DNA of 64,000 nt from an uncultured delta proteobacterium (GTDB lineage Bacteria > Desulfobacterota > Binatia > UBA9968): the NCBI GenBank assembly GCA_963737905.1, contig CAVTUQ010000037.1, positions 32,001 through 96,000 of the forward strand, read 5' to 3'. This document shows, piece after piece, positions 53,129 through 61,236 of this stretch; position 1 is the stretch's first letter; the number at the start of each line of letters is the position of its first letter. Position numbers and translations under genes: made by a program. The notes below the pieces were generated by a model, which was not told the DNA's origin, searched no databases, and was given only the letters and a program-made list of their open reading frames with translations.

Positions 53129-54364
53129 ATGCAAGTGATTTACCAACGCTGTTGTGGGTTGGACGTTCACAAGCGAAGTATCACGGCGTGTCGGCTGAAG
53201 TGGTTGGGTAGTGCTTGGGAAAGAGAGATTCGACAGTTTGGGACGATGACCAAGGATCTGCTGGGGCTGGCGGATTGGCTGGCGCAGGAAGGGTGCACGC
53301 ACGTGGCGATGGAATCGACGGGGGTTTATTGGAAGCCGGTCTATAACATTCTGGAAGGGCAATTTGAGTTGCTGGTGGTCAACGCGCAGCATCTCAAAGC
53401 GGTGCCCGGTCGCAAGACCGATGTTCGCGATGCCGAGTGGATAGCGGAGTTGCTCGCGCACGGATTGCTGCGAGGTAGTTTTGTACCACCCGCCGATGTC
53501 CGTGAATTGCGCGAGTTGACGCGGTATCGGAGCTCCTTGGTGCGCGACCGCGCCCGCACCCTCAACCGACTTCAGAAGGTGCTGGAGGCGGCCAATATCA
53601 AGTTGTCGAACGTGGTCAGCGACATCGACGGGGTCTCGGCGCGACTGATGCTGGAGGCGCTGGTGGCGGGACAAAGAGACACCCAAGAGCTGGCCAGCTT
53701 GGCCAAGGGCCGGCTCAAAGAGAAGCGTGCGCAACTGGTAGAGGCGCTCTCGGGTCGGCTGCAGCCCCATCAGAGCTTTCTGATCGCCGAGCATCTGGCG
53801 CAGATCGACTATCTGGAAGGAGCGATCGAACGGCTCAGCGGTGAAATCGAGGCGAGACTGCGCCCTTTTGAGCAAGAGATCGCCTGGCTCGATACCATTC
53901 CCGGAGTAAGCCAGCGCACGGCCGAGGTGTTGTGGGCGGAAACCGGTGGTGACATGAGCCGCTTTGCGAGCGCCCGGCATCTGGCATCGTGGGCGGGTAT
54001 GTGCCCTGGGAACAACGAGTCGGCAGGTAAGCGTCGCACCGGGCGCACGCGTAAAGGCAGCCCGTGGTTGCGTCACTGCCTGGTGGAAGCCGCGCATGGG
54101 GCCGCGCACACCAAGAATAAATATTTGAGCTCCCAGTATCACCGCATCGGTGCTCGGCGCGGCAAGAAGAAAGCTCAGGTGGCGGTCGGCCATTCGATTT
54201 TGGTGATCGCTTATCATCTGCTCACGCGCAAACAGCCCTATTCGGATCTGGGTGCGAACTACTTTGATGAACGCGACCGTCAGGCTGTCACCAAACGCTG
54301 CGTGACCCGGCTACAAAAACTCGGCTATGAAATCAGCTTGGAGAAATTGCAGATGGCTGCGTGA
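53129..54364 (+). CDS. IS110 recombinase (DEDD RuvC-like + Tnp20)
   Basis: GLDVHK, MESTG, KTDVRDA, IPGVS, NESAGK, GSPWLR. Confidence 0.97.
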   Translation: MQVIYQRCCGLDVHKRSITACRLKWLGSAWEREIRQFGTMTKDLLGLADWLAQEGCTHVAMESTGVYWKPVYNILEGQFELLVVNAQHLKAVPGRKTDVRDAEWIAELLAHGLLRGSFVPPADVRELRELTRYRSSLVRDRARTLNRLQKVLEAANIKLSNVVSDIDGVSARLMLEALVAGQRDTQELASLAKGRLKEKRAQLVEALSGRLQPHQSFLIAEHLAQIDYLEGAIERLSGEIEARLRPFEQEIAWLDTIPGVSQRTAEVLWAETGGDMSRFASARHLASWAGMCPGNNESAGKRRTGRTRKGSPWLRHCLVEAAHGAAHTKNKYLSSQYHRIGARRGKKKAQVAVGHSILVIAYHLLTRKQPYSDLGANYFDERDRQAVTKRCVTRLQKLGYEISLEKLQMAA

Positions 54365-54478
54365 CTGTATTTTCATAAGAGACGCAAAATACGCCACGTT
54401 CAAAAAAAACTTTCTTTGCGTGCTTGGCGTCTTGGCGCGATACCGTTTTTTGTCACTAAATTTTTACGGGTTCCGTCC

Positions 54479-54910
54479 CTAAGGACGAGCGAGGGGTTGG
54501 CCGCTCTGGGTGCCGATCCAGATTTCGCCGCCTTCATAAACTTCTTTTTTCCAGATCGGCACTGTTTTTTTGATTTCCTCGATGGCGAACCGGCAGGCGG
54601 CAAATGCAGCCTCGCGATGCGCCGCTGAAACGGCAATGACGACGCTGGGCTCGGTAATCTGAACCGGACCTATTCGATGCACGATGGCCATGCGGCAGAT
54701 CTGCCACTTTTTTGTTGCCTCCTCTCCCAGACGGGTCAGTTCTTTTTCGGCCATTTCCGGATAGGCTTCGTAGTCTAACGCAATCACTTTGCGTCCTTCG
54801 TTGTTGTTGCGGGTCGTACCGATGAAAGTCGCAATGGCTCCCGCCTCGGGGTCGGTGACGAAATCGACCAGCTCTTGAAGACTGATAGGCTTATCGGTAA
54901 CGCGAAACAT
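54479..54910 (-). CDS. moaE: Molybdopterin synthase catalytic subunit
   Basis: FIGTTRN, LDYEAY, HRIG, AAHR, PIWKKE. Confidence 0.95.
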   Translation of the reverse strand: MFRVTDKPISLQELVDFVTDPEAGAIATFIGTTRNNNEGRKVIALDYEAYPEMAEKELTRLGEEATKKWQICRMAIVHRIGPVQITEPSVVIAVSAAHREAAFAACRFAIEEIKKTVPIWKKEVYEGGEIWIGTQSGQPLARP

Positions 54911-55157
54911 TTCGACCCCCGCTTACCGGAGGAATAAAGACGACTTCGTCGGAATTTTTTAGGACGCGATCGGGCTTCACATAATCCTGATTGACAGCGT
55001 AAAGTAGCCTAATCCCAGGAACAGCCAACTTTGGGTAATCTTCTTGCAGCGCTGCCCAGAGATCGGCTACGGTGCTGCCTTCGCTGATCTCTTTGGTAAC
55101 TTCCGCCGCTCCCGCGCGCTCTCTTAACATCGCGAAGAGTTTGACTTTGACCTTCAT
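54891..55157 (-). CDS. moaD: Molybdopterin synthase sulfur carrier
   Basis: KLFAMLRE, AVNQDY, IPPVSGG followed by 7 extra residues. Confidence 0.92.
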   Translation of the reverse strand: MKVKVKLFAMLRERAGAAEVTKEISEGSTVADLWAALQEDYPKLAVPGIRLLYAVNQDYVKPDRVLKNSDEVVFIPPVSGGRNVSRYR

Positions 55158-55660
55158 TTTCCCTGCAGCTGAGAGACCATGTGACGCAGCTCCGGCAAGA
55201 TCAATTTCTCCATGGCCAATCTCACGGCGCCTTTGGAGCCGGGAAGCGAGATAAGAACTTTACCTTGCGCCGAACCCGCGACAGCCCGGCTCATGATCGC
55301 AGCGGAGCCTATGTCTTGGTAGCTCAGATACCGAAAAATCTCCCCGAACCCGTCGAGTCTCTTGTCGAGTAACCCCGCAATGACCTCGTACGTTCCATCG
55401 CGGGGCGAAATACCCGTCCCGCCGTTAACGATCACTCCCTCAACCTGCTCGTTGGCAAGCGCTTCGCGCAGCAGTGCCTCAATCTCAGCCGGCTCGTCCT
55501 TGACAATGCGATAACCGGCCAACCCGTGCTTCTCGTCGATGAGCAGTGATCTGATCAATTGTCCGCTCTCATCTGTAGTCTCATCACGTGTGTCGCTCAC
55601 CGTGACAACAAAGCATTGAATGCTTCGCTTGCCCTTTGCTTTGTGCTCTTCTACGGACAT
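55154..55660 (-). CDS. moaB: Molybdenum cofactor biosynthesis protein B
   Basis: TVSDTR, GGTGISPRD, GFGEIFR, SLPGS. Confidence 0.92.
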   Translation of the reverse strand: MSVEEHKAKGKRSIQCFVVTVSDTRDETTDESGQLIRSLLIDEKHGLAGYRIVKDEPAEIEALLREALANEQVEGVIVNGGTGISPRDGTYEVIAGLLDKRLDGFGEIFRYLSYQDIGSAAIMSRAVAGSAQGKVLISLPGSKGAVRLAMEKLILPELRHMVSQLQGK

Positions 55661-55903
55661 AGGATCGCCTCTTTATCGGCTCCAAAATTATACCAACCAG
55701 GTTGAATGATTTCAAAAGTCATGGATTCATCGCCTGAACCTGATAGGCGAATATCATCGCGCGGGGAAAGATTCAACGTTTTCCGACTTGAAGGTGATAA
55801 TCTGCCAGCCCGCATACCCTTGACAACCGATGCCGGAAGCATAAAGGTAAGGCCGTTTTGATGGCTTTGGTTATTTTGTCGGGAATAAGGGACTCTGGAT
55901 TCC

Positions 55904-56461
55904 ATGGCTAAGTGGCGCTGGCTCGAACAATTGACGGATCGCGAACAGTTATTGCGCGTCAGACTGCTGGAGAGCGTTCCCCTCTTTGCGGGCTTGAGCC
56001 GAAGGCAACTGGGCAAGCTTTTAGTAAAATTCTTCGAAAAAGAATATCGACCGGGCGAGACAATTTTCATGGAAGGGGAGCCCGGGAAAGCGTTGTTTAT
56101 TATCCTCGCGGGCACCGTATCGATCTGCCGTGCCCTTGGTGAGGGAGAAGAAATACTTGTGACCCTTACCGCAGGCGGTTATTTCGGCGAGCTGGCGCTG
56201 ATCGACGATCAGCCGCGCTTTGCCAGCGCTCGTGTCACGGAAGCCTCGCGCCTGCTCATATTATACCGAAGTGATTTTGAAGATCTCATGGAGGGCCAGA
56301 GAACCCTGGCAATTCAAGTGATGGGCAATCTCTTGAAGACCCTCGCCGGTTATGTGCGCCGAGCTCAGTCCCAAGGGAACGGGCGCAAAAGCACGATCGT
56401 GGGCCAAACCGTCGCGACGGACAAACCCGGAATGACTTCGAAAGGCATTTCCCGTGATTGA
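55904..56461 (+). CDS. Stand-alone cyclic-nucleotide-binding domain protein (no HTH)
   Basis: VPLFAGL, IFMEGEPG, FGELALIDDQPRFASA phosphate-binding cassette. Confidence 0.9.
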   Translation: MAKWRWLEQLTDREQLLRVRLLESVPLFAGLSRRQLGKLLVKFFEKEYRPGETIFMEGEPGKALFIILAGTVSICRALGEGEEILVTLTAGGYFGELALIDDQPRFASARVTEASRLLILYRSDFEDLMEGQRTLAIQVMGNLLKTLAGYVRRAQSQGNGRKSTIVGQTVATDKPGMTSKGISRD

Positions 56462-56506
56462 AGAACGCCCCGCAGGAGCTTTCGGGTTTCCCATCGACCC
56501 AAGTCA

Positions 56507-57592
56507 TTGATGCCACCCCTTTCTATCATATGGGCCCTGGTAATCGCGGTTGTCGCTCTTCTCGTATACGTATCGCAGGATTTTGTCCTGCTTCTACTGT
56601 TGTCGGCTACCCTCGCTTATCTGATCAACCCGATAGTAAAAATCGCCGAAAGCGCCATGATTAAGCGTACCGTAGCTGTCACCGCGATCTACCTGGGAAT
56701 CGGCGTTGCCTTCCTTATCACAGCCTACTTCGTATTTCCGCATTTGCGCGCCGAAGTAAACACGCTTTCGCGCAACTTGCCTTCTTTCAGCCAACGGTTT
56801 GACGAAGCCGTCGATGCTATCCAAAGTGAGATCGTCGCCAAATACCCCGCCGCGGATTCGTTGTCTACGACTCGCGAAGTTCGCTACGAGAGATTGAATG
56901 CCTTTATCGAGCAACAGGTAGCGGATGTTCCGCTGCTTCTCACTCATGTGGCGTCGATTGTGCTGGCCGCTGTGTTGATTCCATTTTTCTCCTACTTCTT
57001 TCTGCGTGATAGCCGAAGGATTATAGGTTTTGTGTTGGACCGTTTGCCGCCCGGCCACATTGAGACGACGGTTGCGGTTTGGTGCGAGATCGATCGCACC
57101 GTGGGTCGGTACCTCCGCGGCTTGGCTATTGAGGGTATAACGGTAGGCGTCTTTGCCGCCTTGGGCCTCGCGATCCTCGGTGTCAATTATCCGCTTTTGC
57201 TTGGTGTCGTGACAGGCTTGGCCAACGTGGTCCCCTATCTGGGCCCGATCATCGGCGGTACCGCCGCCATCCTAGTTGCCCTGGTCCAATTCAAGAGCCT
57301 TTCGGTTATTGCCCAGGTGGCTATTCTCTACCTTTCCCTGAAGCTGCTCGATCTGTTAGCGATCCAACCTTTGGCCGTCGGCAAAGGCAACGACTTGCAT
57401 CCAGTCCTCCTCATCGCGTCGATCATCGTCGGCGGTCATGCTCTGGGGATCATCGGCATGGTCATCGCGGTGCCGACCATTACTATTCTTCAGAGAATCG
57501 CGAAGCTCTTGCTTGAGCGTCGCCGCTATCCCACTCACGCGCTCGATTCCCGCCCGAACAGCGGTGTGCAGTCACAGCCCTATGTCTGTTAG
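56507..57592 (+). CDS. AI-2E family transporter
   Basis: LAYLINP, FFLRD, YLRG, VPYLGP, LHPVL, GMVIAVP. Confidence 0.9.
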   Translation: MMPPLSIIWALVIAVVALLVYVSQDFVLLLLLSATLAYLINPIVKIAESAMIKRTVAVTAIYLGIGVAFLITAYFVFPHLRAEVNTLSRNLPSFSQRFDEAVDAIQSEIVAKYPAADSLSTTREVRYERLNAFIEQQVADVPLLLTHVASIVLAAVLIPFFSYFFLRDSRRIIGFVLDRLPPGHIETTVAVWCEIDRTVGRYLRGLAIEGITVGVFAALGLAILGVNYPLLLGVVTGLANVVPYLGPIIGGTAAILVALVQFKSLSVIAQVAILYLSLKLLDLLAIQPLAVGKGNDLHPVLLIASIIVGGHALGIIGMVIAVPTITILQRIAKLLLERRRYPTHALDSRPNSGVQSQPYVC

Positions 57593-57631
57593 GATGAGAC
57601 ATCGAGGGTCGCTGGCACGGGGCGGGCTAAC

Positions 57632-57979
57632 TCATCCATGCTCTTTTCTATTTCTTCGCGTCTCATTCTCGCTAGTGGATTGACCCTTGATAGGAACCAA
57701 AAATATTTGCTTTGTGTCCTTCTGGATAAATTGCCTCCCCGTCAAGTGGCATGTGAGAATAGTGCCAGAAAGAGTTGCGAGGCTTTTTGGAAGGCTTTTC
57801 CCGTTGTAAAAGTCGCCGATACTTCGCTTATCAACGGGGCCGCCTTCGAGCGTAATGGACATCCCGGTTTCGTGCATCCCAGCGCATTTGTTGCAAGATA
57901 CAAGGATGCTGTACTGAACCGTTGAGTTGTGCACACTGGAGGATGGGGCCGCTTCTACGCCAAGTTTTAGCTCTGTCAT
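57632..57979 (-). CDS. Small hypothetical protein with CxxC..H and distal C (possible metal binding)
   Basis: SD GAGGGAG before ATG 57979; CNKCAGMH...TCHLTG. Confidence 0.6.
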   Translation of the reverse strand: MTELKLGVEAAPSSSVHNSTVQYSILVSCNKCAGMHETGMSITLEGGPVDKRSIGDFYNGKSLPKSLATLSGTILTCHLTGRQFIQKDTKQIFLVPIKGQSTSENETRRNRKEHG

Positions 57980-57992
57980 ACGCTCCCTCGTT

Positions 57993-58554
57993 TTAAGCCG
58001 CATATTGTCGATTGCTTGGTGGACCTTCAGGGCACCTGAGTTGCAACGTGGAGGAGGATTTTGGCTCGCTCAATCCTCTTGTGCTCCGTACCTTTGTGGA
58101 ACCGATGAGTGACCACGCCGTCTTTAAGATGAACTCGATGGGTCTGCGGAGAAAGCCCATTGTAGGAAGGTCATTCTGCGCCGACATTACGAGAGCGATC
58201 TCGGCCCCGCGACTATGATATTCCACCGCGCGTGACAAACTGCCGGTATAAACCTCCAGGGTCGCCTTTACTCCGATCTTTTGCAAAGCGTAACGCCATG
58301 GAGCAACCATCTCTTCGGCCAACACCCTTTGCCCCTCCCAGGAGTATTTCTCGATGACTTTCCTTCCCGCCAGTATGGCGTGTCTCGAAGATTCTGTTGT
58401 TATCCAGTGATCCCGGAACCATGCCCCGGGAACCTACTGGATAACGAACGAGGAAAACAACTCTCATGCCCGGTTTGGCGGTCTCTTCAACGACAGCGAG
58501 GGTTTCCTTAATCCGGTGATGTGGATTGAATGGAATCAAGATTTGGCCCGCCAT
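57993..58554 (-). CDS. Usp-like hypothetical protein, paralog 1 (frameshift near 58430)
   Basis: MAGQILIPF..KPGMRVVFLVRYP joins AWFRDHW...EVYTGSLSRAV; aligns with 60554-61060. Confidence 0.75.
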
Positions 58555-58609
58555 AGTCATTTCCTCCTTCTGTGTCATAACTTCTCGACCGCCTTCTCCA
58601 AACTCTACC

Positions 58610-58624
58610 GCAACCCATGTGCCA
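58610..58624 (-). promoter_or_regulatory. Sigma-54 -24/-12 promoter
   Basis: Minus strand TGGCACATGGGTTGC, consensus match. Confidence 0.85.
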
Positions 58625-58788
58625 CGCTGCTAAGACCTCGGCTACTTAGCATAAGTTGCCGAAATGGATGAAAAATTTAAGCTCCAGTATACTTAGCCTA
58701 TGCGAAGCTACAGGACTCTAACTTAGTACCCTGGCCACGCTGATAGAGAACAAGCAACATAAGCCACTAAATACCTAGGTTTTTTAAT

Positions 58789-58824
58789 TGTAGACGTTGT
58801 CAACAGTTGTAGACTTCGTTGACA
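58789..58824. promoter_or_regulatory. Tandem UAS candidates (TGT-N11-ACA x2)
   Basis: TGTAGACGTTGTCAACA and TGTAGACTTCGTTGACA, 19 bp apart. Confidence 0.65.
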
Positions 58825-58904
58825 GCTCGACGATCAAATGCTAAAGGTCGTTCAAACACTGACCGCGAAGCCAAACACTTGCGATTTATGCGAGAGGCGA
58901 GGGA

Positions 58905-60455
58905 ATGGATTCAACCAGTCAACCATTTGGCGAAAAGCAGAATCATCTTGGAGAGAAACTTTTTCCGATTCTAAAAATCTGCCAGAAAATGAATTCGGAA
59001 AGGGACCTTGCGGCCCTTTTAGACTTAATTGCTAAGGAAGCCACTAAACTGATGGAGGCCGATCGAGCCAGTCTTTTTATGCTCGATCGGGCACGGGGCG
59101 AGCTTTGGTCAAAGGTTGCACTTGGCAGCAAGGAGATTCGATTTGACGCTCGCTTGGGCATCGCTGGAGCCGTGGCCCTCACCGGACAAACGATCAATGT
59201 CGAGGACGCCCACGGAGACCCGCGCTTCTATGGTGAGATTGATCTTCGTAGCGGGTATCGCACGCGAGGCCTTCTCGCCATCCCGCTGCGAAACCATGAA
59301 GGAGAAATCATTGGAACGTTTGAGGTACTGAATAAAAAGATAGGGGCATTCGGCAAGGAGGACGAAGAGATTCTGAAAGCATTAGCCGCTCAAGCGGCGA
59401 TTGCTATAGAAACGGCGCAGCATGTGGAAGAGATGAGGCGGCATCGGGACCAACTCCAAGAGGAGAACGCCCAGCTATGGAAGGAGGTAGAGGGGAGATT
59501 TTCCACTCAAAGTATTATCGGCACCAGCGAAAGAATTCACGCCGTCTTAAGATTGATCGACCAGATCAGCAACAGTTCCGTGAATGTGTTGATCACCGGG
59601 GAAAGCGGTACCGGCAAGGAACTGGCAGCGAAGGCGATTCACTACAAGAGTCTGCGGGCTCGAAAGCCGTTCGTAGCTCTGAATTGTGCGGCGCTTCCTG
59701 AAAGTCTAGTGGAAAGCGAGTTGTTTGGGATTGAGCGAGGCGTGGCGACCGGCGTGGAACGGCGTTTGGGAAAGTTCGAAGCGGCGAATGGCGGGACATT
59801 GTTTCTGGACGAGATCGGAGATCTAAGTTTGACAGCGCAAGCCAAACTTCTACGCGTTCTCCAAGAGAGAGTGATCGAACACTTGGGCGGGAGGAAGCCC
59901 ATTCCTGTCGATGTGAGAATTCTATCGGCGACGAACAAAAATCTGGAAACGGAGATTCAAAAAGGGACCTTTCGCCAAGATATTTACTATCGTTTGAAGG
60001 TGATCCACATTCAGATGCCGCCGCTTCGTGAGATTCGGGAGGACATTCCGGGCTTAGCCAACTATTTGCTAGCCAACTATTGTCGCGAAATGAAGAAAGA
60101 CGCGATGAACTTGGCTCCCCAAGCCGCAAATGCCTGCATGAATTATCCTTGGCCCGGAAACGTCAGAGAATTGGAAAATGAGATGAAGCGGCTGGTTCTT
60201 TCGGTCTCTGGAAATACGATTGCAAGAGAGGATCTATCTGAAGCCATACGCAGAAGCACTACCGAAGTCGCCTCCTCGTTATCCACGCCAAGGTTTATAA
60301 AAGACGTTGTTTCCGAGATAGAAAAGCGCATGATCCAAGAGGCTTTACAGCAGACCAAGCAGAATCAACTGCACGCAGCAAAAGCGCTAGGTTTGAGCCG
60401 TCACGGGTTGATAAAAAAGATGAAGCGATACAACATTGGATTGCGCGACTCCTGA
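58905..60455 (+). CDS. GAF-domain sigma-54 enhancer-binding protein (GAF-AAA+-Fis HTH)
   Basis: GESGTGKE, NCAAL, LFLDEIG, WPGNVRELEN, HTH AAKALGLSR; GAF with NKKIGAFGKEDE. Confidence 0.95.
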   Translation: MDSTSQPFGEKQNHLGEKLFPILKICQKMNSERDLAALLDLIAKEATKLMEADRASLFMLDRARGELWSKVALGSKEIRFDARLGIAGAVALTGQTINVEDAHGDPRFYGEIDLRSGYRTRGLLAIPLRNHEGEIIGTFEVLNKKIGAFGKEDEEILKALAAQAAIAIETAQHVEEMRRHRDQLQEENAQLWKEVEGRFSTQSIIGTSERIHAVLRLIDQISNSSVNVLITGESGTGKELAAKAIHYKSLRARKPFVALNCAALPESLVESELFGIERGVATGVERRLGKFEAANGGTLFLDEIGDLSLTAQAKLLRVLQERVIEHLGGRKPIPVDVRILSATNKNLETEIQKGTFRQDIYYRLKVIHIQMPPLREIREDIPGLANYLLANYCREMKKDAMNLAPQAANACMNYPWPGNVRELENEMKRLVLSVSGNTIAREDLSEAIRRSTTEVASSLSTPRFIKDVVSEIEKRMIQEALQQTKQNQLHAAKALGLSRHGLIKKMKRYNIGLRDS

Positions 60456-60553
60456 TCGGCCATTGTGTCGGCCGTGACCAACTCGCTGCTTCCCTCGTGC
60501 ATTCCTTTCGTAGATTAGGCATTCACCTGTTTGCAGTGTTACGCCTTCAAACT

Positions 60554-61060
60554 CTAAACCGCGGCAGTCGAATGGAGTACGAGTATGGGGGCCAAAGTCG
60601 GGCGTTTGACCAAGCCAAAAACGGGGAACGCCTTGTGGAGAAAATCCATCATCAGTTCCCTTTTTGCCCGCATCACGATTAGATGAACATCGCCCTTACA
60701 CGTGTAACTCTTCACTGCTCTCCTAAAAGAACCCGTGTAAATGTCCACAGTGATCTCGATCCCTCTTTTGCGCAGAGCCTCCAGGGCGAGAAACACTTTG
60801 TGCTCGGTCGATAACCTTTGCTCCTCCATCGACTGCATCCCGGTAAACCGCGGCTTCTCTAACTCTCCCTCGAAGAGCCCTGATTCCTCTGGGTACTGTA
60901 ACCTTATCCAGTCGCGCCGCGACGCTTGAGAGGCCGGTGGCGGGGCGAAACGAATGAGCAAAACGACTTGCATCCCTGGTTGGGCGATGTTCTCGATGTA
61001 AGGAATCATCTGGCTGAGTCGATCTTCACTTTTTAACGCAACCAAAATCTGCGCGGCCAT
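60554..61060 (-). CDS. Usp-like hypothetical protein, paralog 2
   Basis: MAAQILVAL..QPGMQVVLLIRF, DIYTGSFRRAV, HLIVMR, APILVL; SD GAGGG. Confidence 0.75.
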   Translation of the reverse strand: MAAQILVALKSEDRLSQMIPYIENIAQPGMQVVLLIRFAPPPASQASRRDWIRLQYPEESGLFEGELEKPRFTGMQSMEEQRLSTEHKVFLALEALRKRGIEITVDIYTGSFRRAVKSYTCKGDVHLIVMRAKRELMMDFLHKAFPVFGLVKRPTLAPILVLHSTAAV

Positions 61061-61102
61061 GATTTTCCCTCTTTTCGTCCACACTTCTAGTGAGTCGTAG
61101 AG

Positions 61103-61117
61103 GCAATCTAGGTGCCA
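61103..61117 (-). promoter_or_regulatory. Sigma-54 -24/-12 promoter
   Basis: Minus strand TGGCACCTAGATTGC, consensus match. Confidence 0.85.
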
Positions 61118-61188
61118 ACCCGAAAAGACTTAATGTACTGAGGCAATGGGATAATTATAAGACATCCCGGCTATTTTCCCGCTACGGG

Positions 61189-61230
61189 TGTGTCATTTCG
61201 AATACACCCATGTGTTTTTTCGGATACCCC
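61189..61230. promoter_or_regulatory. Tandem UAS candidates (22-bp period)
   Basis: TGTGTCATTTCGAATACACC and TGTGTTTTTTCGGATACCCC. Confidence 0.6.
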
Positions 61231-61236
61231 TAACGA

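Larger units (their letters stand above)
52890..54381 (+). mobile_element. IS110-family element (~1.49 kb; AG core at 52888-52889 and 54380-54381)
   Basis: Removing it restores the hairpin repeat TCGCGCAAAGACGCAAAA...GCGTCTTGGCGCGA; long left end, 17-nt right end, no TIRs. Confidence 0.85.

Noticed and set aside
52796-54217. 473-aa antisense ORF
   Set aside because: It is a shadow of the GC-rich IS110 recombinase gene, with no recognisable motifs.
57614-57628. Sigma-54-like TGGCACGGGGCGGGC
   Set aside because: Poor -12 element and no sense gene downstream.
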